A stretch of 64,000 nt of DNA from NCBI GenBank assembly GCA_041661385.1, contig JBAZUP010000003.1, forward strand, positions 36,299 through 100,298. The letters are read 5' to 3'. Position numbers and translations under genes: made by a program. A model generated the notes under the pieces. It made no database searches and had not been told where the DNA came from. It saw only the letters and a program-made list of their open reading frames with translations. Origin of the DNA: Patescibacteria group bacterium. Lineage in GTDB: Bacteria > Patescibacteriota > Patescibacteriia > Magasanikbacterales > GWA2-37-8. This document shows, piece by piece, positions 1 through 9,376 of the stretch (positions are counted from its first letter, which is position 1; each line of letters starts with the position of its first letter).

Positions 1-3
1 GAA

Positions 4-85
4 CGTGCGGATATGCCATACTCTCGTCAAACCGCAATATCCCGTATCATTGCAATTTGACTTCGTGCACGGCCGTAGTATAGCT
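4..85 (+). promoter_or_regulatory. Frpo-like hairpin, candidate ssDNA promoter
   Basis: GTCAAA(26-31) pairs with TTTGAC(56-61) around an inner GCAAT/ATTGC stem; TTGACT -35-like box; homologous to 32715 and 33452. Confidence 0.55.
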
Positions 86-124
86 CAAGTATTAACAGGC
101 TTTAGCCGAAGGAGAAATATTAGA

Positions 125-586
125 ATGTCTAACAGCTACACCAACTACATAACCCCCGACATGGAATATCACGGCAAACATATTATCCAATGGTTAATTG
201 AAGAATTATCCAATCCAGGAAGGTTTACTTTTGGAAGTAAAACTATCGACGAATATATGCACAAATCCATTCTAAATAATTTAGAAAGCGTTACGTATAT
301 TACTAAGCACAACGAATGTTATACATCAGAACGCCTAATATTACGAGACAACAACGCTGTTTTCGTCGAGGGTTTATCCGCTTTGCTGGACAAAGATTTC
401 GATTCACTGACAATGCGTTTTTATTCTCGCTCAGTTATGAATAGTTTTGTCAGCAACATGTCTTATTTGTTCCCGAACACAGCGATATCTTTACACGCCT
501 ACGACTATTGCATAGGAAGTGATTATAAATTCGCGTTTCACAACGGCCACATGACAGATTATATATATAAAAATATCTACGATTAA
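125..586 (+). CDS. hypothetical protein
   Basis: AAGGAGA RBS before ATG 125; 153-aa ORF. Confidence 0.7.
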   Translation: MSNSYTNYITPDMEYHGKHIIQWLIEELSNPGRFTFGSKTIDEYMHKSILNNLESVTYITKHNECYTSERLILRDNNAVFVEGLSALLDKDFDSLTMRFYSRSVMNSFVSNMSYLFPNTAISLHAYDYCIGSDYKFAFHNGHMTDYIYKNIYD

Positions 587-740
587 CCACCGTAGATGTC
601 ACACACAAAAGACAGCACAAGGGTAAATACACCGCTACGCGGCCCTTGTGCAATCTTTTTTTAAGTGCGTGGCAGTCTATAAGCATAACTAAAACAAATC
701 AAAAAACGCTGGCGAGCAATAATCGCAACAGGAGATTGTT

Positions 741-842
741 ATGCTGTTTGAAAATTTAGAAATCAATTACACCGTATCACGCCCGGACGGTTGCGATACA
801 GATTGGGACACAATCGACGCACTCGTTGGCCAATACAATTAA
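741..842 (+). CDS. small acidic hypothetical protein (33 aa)
   Basis: AGGAG RBS; MLFENLEINYTVSRPDGCDTDWDTIDALVGQYN. Confidence 0.5.
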   Translation: MLFENLEINYTVSRPDGCDTDWDTIDALVGQYN

Positions 843-847
843 TATAC

Positions 848-923
848 GGTTGCTCATGTTCCATAGAGGCGAGTTGGACTCCAAATCCGACTGTGGTGAG
901 TGCAAGTCTCACAGCTTCCGCCA
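848..923 (+). tRNA. tRNA-Trp(CCA), atypical
   Basis: Anticodon arm TTGGA-CTCCAAA-TCCGA, T arm GTGAG-TGCAAGT-CTCAC, encoded CCA end; two U-U mismatches in acceptor stem, weak D arm. Confidence 0.75.
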
Positions 924-951
924 AACATGTTTATTTTAAGGAGTTAACATC

Positions 952-1176
952 ATGCAAACTATAGAACAATCTTTAGAACGCAATAGACAATTTTTACTAA
1001 GAAAATGCGGAAAAACAAAAATAAGCTCTGCGATAAAAAATTTACGCAAAGCATTAGATAACAATTCTGATTTTTCCAAACAATTAACAATTGCAAAATT
1101 AGAAATGGAAACAATACTTATTGCAATCAAGTCTTGCGAAAAAGAACTTGAACAGCTTAATTTACGTATACAATAA
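952..1176 (+). CDS. hypothetical coiled-coil protein, paralog of 34664
   Basis: AAGGAG RBS; similarity to 34664..34945. Confidence 0.75.
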   Translation: MQTIEQSLERNRQFLLRKCGKTKISSAIKNLRKALDNNSDFSKQLTIAKLEMETILIAIKSCEKELEQLNLRIQ

Positions 1177-1185
1177 AACTCATTC

Positions 1186-1274
1186 GGAATGGTGTCTGAG
1201 AGGTTTAAAGAGCTGGCCTTGAAAACCAGTGACTCTGCAAAGAGCCGTGGGTTCGAATCCCACCCATTCCGCCA
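1186..1274 (+). tRNA. tRNA-Ser(TGA)
   Basis: GGAATGG/CCATTCC acceptor, CTTGAAA loop, long variable arm, GGTTCGAATCC, CCA end. Confidence 0.93.
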
Positions 1275-1303
1275 AATCATTTCTTTTCATCTGTTTTTTA
1301 TTT

Positions 1304-1387
1304 AGAAGGGTTCCCGAGCGGTTAAAGGGAGCAGACTGTAAATCTGCCGGTTCGCCTTCGCTGGTTCAAATCCAGCCCCTTCCACCA
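1304..1387 (+). tRNA. tRNA-Tyr(GTA)
   Basis: GCAGA-CTGTAAA-TCTGC anticodon arm, variable arm, GGTTCAAATCC, ACCA end; A1-C72 mismatch. Confidence 0.92.
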
Positions 1388-1523
1388 TTTTATATGTATA
1401 ACCTTATTTTAAGGAGTTTTTATGAACACTTCAGAACAAAACCGCGCCAACCGGCGCGACCGCAAAATTGCAAAAAGAAATGCGCCGATAACGCTAGGAT
1501 TGCCATTAGGCAAACCAAAATAC

Positions 1524-1600
1524 GCTCGATTAGCATCAGACAAAAAACGTCGTCAAGCAGCGAACCACGCTATAGCTTGACACCAATTGTTGTCTGAGCA
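1524..1600 (+). promoter_or_regulatory. Frpo-like hairpin
   Basis: GTCAAGC/GCTTGAC(A) and TCAGACAA/TTGTCTGA stems; core nearly identical to 33942-33977. Confidence 0.55.
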
Positions 1601-1679
1601 ACATTTATATCAAATTTAATTAATTAGGTTGGATCGACAGCCGTAAGCCAGAGTGCATCGACATAAAAGGAACTTAACA

Positions 1680-2051
1680 ATGAAAACAACAAACGCAACA
1701 ATCTCGTTCGTAGGCGCACCGATCACAATCAACGGAAAAAAACGCGCACACATTAGTTTAACAAACGAAAACGGCGAAGTAACCCGCGCATACGCTTGGG
1801 ACAAAACAGCCTTTGCTTTGCAAAAAGTAGCAAAAGGCACTCAAGCCGAAGTAACTACCGCACAAAATGCCTTCTTGCCTAAAGAACATGCTTTAGCAGG
1901 TTTTTCGATGGCATATAGCCGGCACATGGCCGGTGAAATCACACAGAAAGCCGCTGCTGCTTTATGTGGCGTAAGTGCCGCAACATATAAACGTCGTGTA
2001 ATTGACGCTATTAAAGTTGACAATATTTTGTCCTTTAAAGTTGCTGCATAA
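1680..2051 (+). CDS. putative OB-fold plus HTH DNA-binding protein
   Basis: AWDKTA..QKVAKGTQAEV resembles an SSB OB strand; C-terminal GEITQKAAAALCGVSAATYKRR HTH; ends in VAA. Confidence 0.6.
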   Translation: MKTTNATISFVGAPITINGKKRAHISLTNENGEVTRAYAWDKTAFALQKVAKGTQAEVTTAQNAFLPKEHALAGFSMAYSRHMAGEITQKAAAALCGVSAATYKRRVIDAIKVDNILSFKVAA

Positions 2052-2057
2052 AAAAAC

Positions 2058-2095
2058 AAGCTGGCTCGTTAAATTTTAACGAGCCAGCTTTAATT
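2058..2095 (+). terminator. intrinsic terminator
   Basis: AAGCTGGCTCGTTAA/TTAACGAGCCAGCTT inverted repeat. Confidence 0.75.
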
Positions 2096-2243
2096 TGCTT
2101 TTAAACTCAAAAACAACTTTTAATAAAAATTCAGTTTATTGCCACCCTTGAAAGGAGGTGATATACTTACCCCTGCCGCCACATCGATTAAAAATCATAT
2201 TTAATTGATTTGACGGTACTCCTGAAGAAAGGAGGTGGTCCCG

Positions 2244-2384
2244 ATGGTTGCAATAACCGTCGCGCTTTCTGTGATTCTGGCAAAACTGGCAACAGCAATT
2301 TGGTTGTTAACTCAATCAATTAACCTGTGGCGAAGTTGGTCAAGAAAAGCAAAAAGCCAGCGTAAGTCCTGGCGGAAACGCTGA
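2244..2384 (+). CDS. type I toxin-like membrane peptide (46 aa)
   Basis: AAAGGAGGT RBS; MVAITVALSVILAKLATAIWLLTQSINLWRSWSRKAKSQRKSWRKR, hydrophobic helix plus basic tail. Confidence 0.7.
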   Translation: MVAITVALSVILAKLATAIWLLTQSINLWRSWSRKAKSQRKSWRKR

Positions 2385-2465
2385 CCATTATCTAAGATGG
2401 ATGTCGGACTGACCTCCGGCATCTGTCTATGGGGTAATTATCTAACATATTCATTGATTTGTCAA
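2340..2465 (-). ncRNA. putative antisense antitoxin RNA with its promoter (3' end uncertain)
   Basis: Minus-strand TTGACA-17-GATAAT starting at 2465, convergent on the toxin 3' end; hairpin 2395-2428. Confidence 0.5.
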
Positions 2466-2483
2466 GAAAATTGGAGGTTTAAA

Positions 2484-2681
2484 ATGAGCTTACGAACAAA
2501 CAATATTATAACCCTGGTAGCTATAATAGCGGTATTGATAGAAAGTTTTATTGATCCCGTTAAATATGTTGGCCAGTATGTATATATCGGCTGGAACATA
2601 CTGCTTACCGTGATTATAGCATACGCTTTGTACTGCCGGTTCTTCCGGAAGAAAACCCAAAAAAGAAAAATATCGTTTTGA
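2484..2681 (+). CDS. small two-TM membrane protein
   Basis: GGAGG RBS; two hydrophobic segments, basic tail. Confidence 0.7.
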   Translation: MSLRTNNIITLVAIIAVLIESFIDPVKYVGQYVYIGWNILLTVIIAYALYCRFFRKKTQKRKISF

Positions 2682-2741
2682 TAACCAAAAAAAGACAGAT
2701 TGCTAACGCGGTCTGTCTTTTTTTATAAATTTGGAGAGAAA

Positions 2742-3050
2742 ATGGGAATACTAAAACATATCAAAAGAAACAACCTTGACAGAGAATTGTTTTTAAACAA
2801 CAGAGAATCCACTAAAGATATGTGGCTTGAAGGCATTTTCACAAAAATCAATAGACGAGAAATAACCAAACAAAAAGCAAGAAATAGTCTTGCTGGTAAG
2901 TTTTGTGATTGCGGACAAAAATTATTAAAAAGATATGGCAAAAATATGTATATCAAAGATGTAGGCAACGGATGCGGTCACATAATATACGTTTGTGATT
3001 TTTGCCGAGACAAAATGATTGCGCAAGGATACGGACCATCATGGTTATGA
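2742..3050 (+). CDS. hypothetical Cys-containing protein
   Basis: GGAGAG RBS; CDCG...CDFC motifs. Confidence 0.65.
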   Translation: MGILKHIKRNNLDRELFLNNRESTKDMWLEGIFTKINRREITKQKARNSLAGKFCDCGQKLLKRYGKNMYIKDVGNGCGHIIYVCDFCRDKMIAQGYGPSWL

Positions 3051-3244
3051 AACTTAATTTTTTCGCATTATGCAAATGCGTTGATGAGGCAAAAAACACA
3101 CAAATAGACGAAAACGCATTTAAATTTGTTCTAAAATAATGAATACTCAAACCTCGTAACTTCGGTTACGGGGTTCTTTTATTTTATACTAACAAAAAAC
3201 AATTCTTCCTTTCAGAAGTTACCACCGTCACGTATTAATAAACT

Positions 3245-3475
3245 TCCCCGTCGCTCCCTTCGCGCATTACGCAAGGTAAATACTCGCACTAGACGATAAA
3301 TGTGCGAACAGCAAAGCGGCGTGTTTGAGTGAAACGAGTTTGCCGTTTGCGGCACATCGCCATAGAACGAGTTTACCTGAAGTACGGCGCTTGACTTTTT
3401 TGCTTGCTTTTTGTGTCAAGACAAAAAGCAAGACGCGCCAGCGAAAAACGCACTCGTTCCATCTAACAAAAACAA
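3245..3475. repeat. 230-bp structured repeat, copy 1
   Basis: Shares invariant core CGAACAGCAAAGCGGCGTGTTTGAGTGAAACGAGTTTGCCGTTTGCGG with 15832 and 17241. Confidence 0.95.
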
Positions 3476-3496
3476 AAAAGTTCCAAAGGAGAAAAA

Positions 3497-3634
3497 ATGA
3501 AAACATTCAATGTTATCGTCGAATTCACGGTTGAAGCAATCGACGAACAAGAGGCTGACGATAAAATTACACCTGCTCTTATCGATTTTAAATATGATTA
3601 TACCGACATTACTTTTTATGAAATAGAAAACTAA
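3497..3634 (+). CDS. small acidic protein (45 aa)
   Basis: AAGGAGA RBS; MKTFNVIVEFTVEAIDEQEADDKITPALIDFKYDYTDITFYEIEN. Confidence 0.7.
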   Translation: MKTFNVIVEFTVEAIDEQEADDKITPALIDFKYDYTDITFYEIEN

Positions 3635-3643
3635 GGAGCCTCA

Positions 3644-4012
3644 ATGTATTCAAAAATCAATCCCTTCGAATACTATAAAAACGATATCACCCACAACGAC
3701 CTGCTCATCGCCTTAGACAACCAAATCAAATCCGTATACCCAGAAATGTATAACAACCTGCACTGGGGCTTTGAATGCAAATATGGCGAAGAGCGATTTC
3801 AAATAGTTAGCCATAACGCTTTTTATATTGCCGCACCATATCCCGGCGATAACGAAGGACTAATAATTGGAATTTATCAAGACTTCGGCAACCAAGCACA
3901 AAGAATCGGTTGTGCCAAAATACTCGACACCGGCTACGACGGAAAAAAATTCGTCTGCAAACTATCCGGAATCATCAACCAATGGTTCCTGCAAAACGCA
4001 ATCTACAACTAA
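3644..4012 (+). CDS. hypothetical protein
   Basis: AAGGAG RBS, ORF. Confidence 0.7.
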   Translation: MYSKINPFEYYKNDITHNDLLIALDNQIKSVYPEMYNNLHWGFECKYGEERFQIVSHNAFYIAAPYPGDNEGLIIGIYQDFGNQAQRIGCAKILDTGYDGKKFVCKLSGIINQWFLQNAIYN

Positions 4013-4029
4013 AAATACAGAAATTGGAG

Positions 4030-4662
4030 ATGTTTATGGATCACAGAAAACAAATACTGGAAATACGCGAACAAATGACCGAGTACGGTGCAACCGGCGT
4101 AAACGACATCGACCTTCTGATGTCCAGTCTAGCCGTCGATAAAACCACCGCCAAGCGAGTTTTAGCGGCATTAGATGAAAACTTCGACAACTTAAACGTG
4201 TCAAAACTAAAAGAACAAGTTGGCAACACAACCGGAAACAAAATTGTAGCCTTCCAGGAACTATTTCGAAGACGCTACAAACCATCATTTGACAAAATTA
4301 TCAAACCGACCGACGCATTAAAATACATTCAACATTACGCGCAAAACAAACAAGAACATTTAATAGTAATACTGCTTAACGGCGCCTGTGAAGTTATTAA
4401 AACATCCGTCATCACCATTGGTTTATTAGACCGATCTTTAGCACATCCGAGAGAAGTCTTTGCTGAAGCAGTTAACGAACGAGCCGCCAACATAATAATC
4501 GCCCACAACCATCCAAGCGGACAACTTTCCCCAAGCAACGAAGATCGAAAACTAACCATTCGCTTACAACAAGCCGGAGAGTTATTAGGAATACCACTAA
4601 TAGATCACTTGATATTTTCCACAAAAGGCCACTATTCATTCAAAGAACACGGCGAACTATAA
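4030..4662 (+). CDS. radC: RadC-family JAB domain protein
   Basis: HPREVF, AHNHPSG, PSNEDR, LIDHLI motifs. Confidence 0.92.
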   Translation: MFMDHRKQILEIREQMTEYGATGVNDIDLLMSSLAVDKTTAKRVLAALDENFDNLNVSKLKEQVGNTTGNKIVAFQELFRRRYKPSFDKIIKPTDALKYIQHYAQNKQEHLIVILLNGACEVIKTSVITIGLLDRSLAHPREVFAEAVNERAANIIIAHNHPSGQLSPSNEDRKLTIRLQQAGELLGIPLIDHLIFSTKGHYSFKEHGEL

Positions 4663-4679
4663 CTATTTAAGAGGTAACT

Positions 4680-4907
4680 ATGATTGTTGCAATAACAAAT
4701 TTAAATGAAATACCAAAAATGTGCTCTTGCGTAAATATAATCCATAATTGCACCCAAACACAACGCTGTAATTATTTTCACTACGACGATAATATAAAAA
4801 AACACATTTGCCTTATCACCGGCAATGCAATAACTACAACCGACATCGAAAACACACCGCGGCCACCGTGGTGTATGCTGAGAAAATTACCAATAATTAA
4901 TATTTAA
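4680..4907 (+). CDS. Cys-rich hypothetical protein
   Basis: GAGG RBS; several Cys, RPPWCML tail. Confidence 0.65.
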   Translation: MIVAITNLNEIPKMCSCVNIIHNCTQTQRCNYFHYDDNIKKHICLITGNAITTTDIENTPRPPWCMLRKLPIINI

Positions 4908-4922
4908 AGGATATACAACACT

Positions 4923-5252
4923 ATGAGCTACAACAAAATGATGAATTGGACAAAAAAACACACAAAACGACCAAAACAACCAATATTCGGCATGCCTTTC
5001 AAAGCCGGAGAAAAAGTTGAATCCGGTCCCGGCATGTGTAAAAGACTTTTCGAAGAAAGACGTGGCTCAAAATGGTTTTGTGTAATGGCATGGAACAAAG
5101 AACAACGAGACTATACCGACCAAGTATCAGAAACCTTCATTGAATGGGATGATGCGGTAAATTTTGCTAGAGAATATGAGAAAACTCACAATCTATCAGA
5201 AAACGCAACCGCTATTTACAACAGCTTTGGTATGAAATCATATGGATATTAA
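4923..5252 (+). CDS. hypothetical protein
   Basis: AAGGA RBS, ORF. Confidence 0.65.
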   Translation: MSYNKMMNWTKKHTKRPKQPIFGMPFKAGEKVESGPGMCKRLFEERRGSKWFCVMAWNKEQRDYTDQVSETFIEWDDAVNFAREYEKTHNLSENATAIYNSFGMKSYGY

Positions 5253-5268
5253 CAATAACGAGGTAATA

Positions 5269-6888
5269 ATGAACTTATTTGACATCTGCGAACCAAAAAA
5301 CCAATTTTACCCTACGCCGGATAATTTAATTGACAAAATGCTGCTAAAAATTGATTTTAACAAAATTAACACTATCCTCGAACCAAACGCAGGAACAGGG
5401 AACATCCTGGATGCCATAAATCGCAAAATTAAATCAAATTGGGATTTACGCCACAACAAATACGACATCGATGCAATTGAAATAGACCACAATTTTCAAC
5501 ACATACTCCGAGGAAATAAACATCGTATCGTACACGACGACTTTTTAACTTTTGACACCTTAAAACACTACGACCTAATAATAATGAACCCTCCTTTTGC
5601 AAACGGCGAAGAACATCTGCTAAAAGCCATGAAAATGCAGGAATCCGGCGGCAATATCATTTGTATTTTAAATGCGCAAACGCTACACAATCCATATTCA
5701 CTAACCCGAAAAGATTTATTGAGAAAACTCAACGACCTTAACGAGAACGTTGAAATTTCTTACCATGATAACGCCTTTTTAGATTCAGAAAGAAAAACAG
5801 CGGTAAAAATAGCGCTGATCAAAATCACAATTCCACTAACAAAACTCAACAGTGTTTTTATTGACGGTCTAAAAGCCGAAGAACGTTATAAACAGGAAAA
5901 CAACGTCAATTATATTGCAAAATCTGAATTAATCGACAATATAGTTGATCAATACAAAATGGAAGTAAAAGCCGGGATAAAACTGATTAACGAATACAAT
6001 GCAATGCTTCCATATATCCAAAACCATTATGATCCCAATTATGAATACTCAAAACCTATTATTAAATTAGAAATTGAACACGGCGAACATAATAACAGCG
6101 ACATCAACAATTATGTCAGACAAGTTCGTATGAAATACTGGCAAGCTTTGTTTGCAAAACCGGAATTTACAAACCTGTTCACATCCGAACTACAAACAAT
6201 TTATCACAACATGGTTGAAGACTTTATCAATTATGATTTTTCCGCATACAACATAAACCAAATCAAAAACCGTATAATGGCACAATTATCAACCAGTGTA
6301 GAAGACACTATAATCAAACTATTCGACGAGTTTTCACACAAATACCACTGGATGAACGAAACATCGAAAAACATCCACTACTATAACGGATGGAAAACAA
6401 ACAAATCTTGGAAAATAAATAAGAAAATCATACTTTTGCTAAATGGATATAGCAGATATAGTCCGGGAAATTTCGATCCGGACAATTATGAAACCGGCCG
6501 CAAAATTCGTGATATCGAAAAAGTCTTCAACTATTTAAACACCGAAGACACCGACCATATTGACCTAGTACGTGCCTTGAAATATGCAAAAATAAATGAA
6601 CAAACCAATAAAATCAAAACAAAATATTTTAATTTAACATTTTACAAAAAAGGCACCTGCCACATCGAAATCACCAACGACCGCCTATTGAAAAAATTCA
6701 ACATCTTCGGCAGCCAACGCAAAGGCTGGTTGCCGCCAAATTACGCAAAAAGCAAATATACCGACATGACCGCCGAAGAAAAAAGCGTAATCGACGAATT
6801 TGAAGGCGAAGCAGAATACAACAAAACCCTAATAAACAAAGACTACTACATCACCCAAAACAGCCAATTGTTGCTGAATTGTGCCTAA
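5269..6888 (+). CDS. amino-DNA methyltransferase, DUF4942-type
   Basis: QFYPTP, ILEPNAGTG, IMNPPF; C-terminal TFYKKGTCHI...FNIFGSQRKGWLPP. Confidence 0.88.
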   Translation: MNLFDICEPKNQFYPTPDNLIDKMLLKIDFNKINTILEPNAGTGNILDAINRKIKSNWDLRHNKYDIDAIEIDHNFQHILRGNKHRIVHDDFLTFDTLKHYDLIIMNPPFANGEEHLLKAMKMQESGGNIICILNAQTLHNPYSLTRKDLLRKLNDLNENVEISYHDNAFLDSERKTAVKIALIKITIPLTKLNSVFIDGLKAEERYKQENNVNYIAKSELIDNIVDQYKMEVKAGIKLINEYNAMLPYIQNHYDPNYEYSKPIIKLEIEHGEHNNSDINNYVRQVRMKYWQALFAKPEFTNLFTSELQTIYHNMVEDFINYDFSAYNINQIKNRIMAQLSTSVEDTIIKLFDEFSHKYHWMNETSKNIHYYNGWKTNKSWKINKKIILLLNGYSRYSPGNFDPDNYETGRKIRDIEKVFNYLNTEDTDHIDLVRALKYAKINEQTNKIKTKYFNLTFYKKGTCHIEITNDRLLKKFNIFGSQRKGWLPPNYAKSKYTDMTAEEKSVIDEFEGEAEYNKTLINKDYYITQNSQLLLNCA

Positions 6889-6898
6889 AGGAGAAAAC

Positions 6899-7159
6899 AT
6901 GGTCAAAAAGAAAACCACCACCCCGCAAAACTTCGAGTATCTTGGAATGTTAGTGAAACCATACAAAAAACTAACCGGCATCGACGCTGATTTTGCAAGA
7001 AAGGTTTCTCGCGCCTCTCGTTCTGCTACGCCACCGGGCTGGAACTACGACGAATTTTACAAAACCGCCAAAGCCCACAATTGCGGCGATTTTGATTTAT
7101 TCGAAGTAGACGGAAAACTGCGAATAGCAGGAAAACCTTGTTTTTTCGTCTACGAATAA
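6899..7159 (+). CDS. hypothetical protein
   Basis: AAGGAGA RBS, ORF. Confidence 0.7.
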   Translation: MVKKKTTTPQNFEYLGMLVKPYKKLTGIDADFARKVSRASRSATPPGWNYDEFYKTAKAHNCGDFDLFEVDGKLRIAGKPCFFVYE

Positions 7160-7294
7160 TCCCGAAAAACCTCCGTCACAAAACGACCGACGCTTTGCAA
7201 ACCCCGTTACCGGCTTGCAAAACGCGGTCTTATTTGTCCGAATGAACTCATTTCTTTTCAGAAGTTAAATCAAAACTATAAGGAGTTTTAAATT

Positions 7295-7504
7295 ATGAGC
7301 TACCAAGGAAGTTTAAGAATCAAAGACAATAAAATCATGTTTATGGAATATAGAGTCATCGGCGAAATAATAAATAACATTGCCCACGTCGATCCGATGT
7401 ACCACTGCGGCGAAGTATCCGACGGTCTCGACCACAACGGATTTAGCGAAAGCAACAAGAATCTTGTTTGGACTAAAAAACCCGAAACCGCAAACAAATT
7501 ATAA
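7295..7504 (+). CDS. hypothetical protein, tandem paralog of 7517 C-terminus
   Basis: IGEIINNIAHV...GLDHNG...NLVWTKKPETA shared with next ORF. Confidence 0.75.
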   Translation: MSYQGSLRIKDNKIMFMEYRVIGEIINNIAHVDPMYHCGEVSDGLDHNGFSESNKNLVWTKKPETANKL

Positions 7505-7516
7505 GGAGCAATATTC

Positions 7517-7834
7517 GTGGAAAATCGTAATATACTAAAAACAAATAACGCAGAAAATTTTGCAAAAATAAACGGAATGTTAGACGTTTTTTATGCACAT
7601 AAAAAGCTGTTTGACGCCGTGCCACGCCTTGAAATTAAGCACGTAAGAATATACGACAACACCTTGATCTACAAAGGCTACATAATTATTGGAAAATTAA
7701 TCAACAACATTGCGCACGTAAAAGACATTTATAATCAAGCAGAAGTAATAGCCGGCTTAACCCACAACGGCTACAACCAAGAAAACCAAAATCTGATCTG
7801 GACAACACAACCGGAAACCGCAGGCGTTTTATGA
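7517..7834 (+). CDS. hypothetical protein, paralog of 7295
   Basis: IGKLINNIAHV...GLTHNG...NLIWTTQPETA. Confidence 0.75.
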   Translation: MENRNILKTNNAENFAKINGMLDVFYAHKKLFDAVPRLEIKHVRIYDNTLIYKGYIIIGKLINNIAHVKDIYNQAEVIAGLTHNGYNQENQNLIWTTQPETAGVL

Positions 7835-8031
7835 ATGATTTACTCGAAGATTGTAAAAAAGTGACAAGTGAAGAATTTTACGAAAATCTTAAAGCGACAG
7901 CTACGGCGGGAAGAGATATAATGCCGCGCATCATTAATGATAGAGTTCCTTACATAGAAGAATGGAAGGATAAACGCGATCGAAAAACATTTGGCTATAC
8001 ATTTGGTGCAGAATATTTTTTAGTAAAGTAA
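7831..8031 (+). CDS. hypothetical protein
   Basis: ATGA overlap with upstream gene. Confidence 0.6.
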   Translation: MNDLLEDCKKVTSEEFYENLKATATAGRDIMPRIINDRVPYIEEWKDKRDRKTFGYTFGAEYFLVK

Positions 8032-8059
8032 ACCGAAAAAGAATTAGGAGACAAACGAA

Positions 8060-8497
8060 ATGAGCATCAAAATCTTAGACGCTAGCAGAATATTATCCGC
8101 CTACCAAGCCTTCAAAACCGAAGACAGGTTACACATCGAGCGCGGATATTACGAATACATTGATACAGACTGGGACAAGCACGGATTTTGCCACCTGCAA
8201 ACACTAATAAACGCCAACAGACTAAGCTTCGCCAACAAATACAAAGAAACCGAAAACGTCGAGATTTTAACCATCGCAAAATACGAAGCGCTCATATCAA
8301 AATGGAACTCCGAAAAAACGACCCCCGAACAAGCGTTAATGACGTTGAAGTGCTTGTTCTACAACATCGAACTAGAATATCTACCACCGCTACCACTCTA
8401 CGAAAACGCCTTAAAACAACTCGATTACACCATCAAAGACCTAACCGAGCATATACTAAAGAAAAATCCGGCATATTTAGCCGCAAAATGGGGATAA
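8060..8497 (+). CDS. hypothetical protein
   Basis: AGGAG RBS, ORF. Confidence 0.75.
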   Translation: MSIKILDASRILSAYQAFKTEDRLHIERGYYEYIDTDWDKHGFCHLQTLINANRLSFANKYKETENVEILTIAKYEALISKWNSEKTTPEQALMTLKCLFYNIELEYLPPLPLYENALKQLDYTIKDLTEHILKKNPAYLAAKWG

Positions 8498-8498
8498 A

Positions 8499-9158
8499 AT
8501 GGTTCGAGTAATCACCTACGACGAATACCAAAGCAACGCGACCATCCATATAGGTAAACGCATCGTCGAAATCGACGATTATGTTATTGATGAGGAAGGA
8601 GCGAGCTGGACACATATTTGCAAAACCTGCGCCCGGAAGTTGTGCATCCCTAAACACTATATTTCCGAAGGCGGCTCCGGCGAAGCCATATGCGGAATTG
8701 CCGGTTGCGAAAGACGAGCAACTGCTGGATATTTCGACATCCCACACCCAGGGACGCTGTGTGCAAAAAACTCAACCGACTGGTTTAAAACCGACGATTA
8801 TCAATTATGTCAAAAATTATCCGAGACCAAATTCAGCATAATCGAATTTAGAACGTTCATGGGAGCGCAAATACATCCAAACACAAAATTCCCAAATTCA
8901 ACAGTGTATATAGGAACTAAGTTTGAGTTCGATATTTCCGAAATGTCAAAAACGGATATTGTCGAAACAATCCAATCTTACGGCTACAACTCAATCGAAG
9001 CAGTGAGTGCCGCTTATCCGGAAAACGCCGACCAAATAATTGCCGAATGTCTGGCAGAAAGTTGGCCAATATCCGAAGGTAAAATTGTATTCAAAGGAAC
9101 AAAACAACAAGCCGACGCTTGGATTACTGAATTTATTTCAAAGGAGAACAAATCATGA
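8499..9158 (+). CDS. hypothetical protein, Cys-rich N-terminus
   Basis: CKTC...CGIAGC; adjacent to upstream stop. Confidence 0.7.
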   Translation: MVRVITYDEYQSNATIHIGKRIVEIDDYVIDEEGASWTHICKTCARKLCIPKHYISEGGSGEAICGIAGCERRATAGYFDIPHPGTLCAKNSTDWFKTDDYQLCQKLSETKFSIIEFRTFMGAQIHPNTKFPNSTVYIGTKFEFDISEMSKTDIVETIQSYGYNSIEAVSAAYPENADQIIAECLAESWPISEGKIVFKGTKQQADAWITEFISKENKS

Positions 9159-9340
9159 CCGGAGACTGCACCCAAATATCAACCGAACTACTAGAAATCC
9201 AATGCCCGGCATGTGGCAACACGCAAGAATATAATTGGAACGGTAAAAACATCTTCGGAACAACTAAATGCGACAACATCGAGTGTGACGAAATATTTCG
9301 TTTCCAATACCACCCCGAAAAACTAAAAAAAGCCGCATAA
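9155..9340 (+). CDS. zinc-ribbon small protein
   Basis: CPACG...CDNIEC; ends in KAA. Confidence 0.7.
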   Translation: MTGDCTQISTELLEIQCPACGNTQEYNWNGKNIFGTTKCDNIECDEIFRFQYHPEKLKKAA

Positions 9341-9376
9341 CAAACTAACTTATATTAGTTAGCTATAAGGAGAAAT

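Noticed and set aside
1229-1597. 122-aa ORF
   Set aside because: Overlaps tRNA-Ser, tRNA-Tyr and a hairpin element
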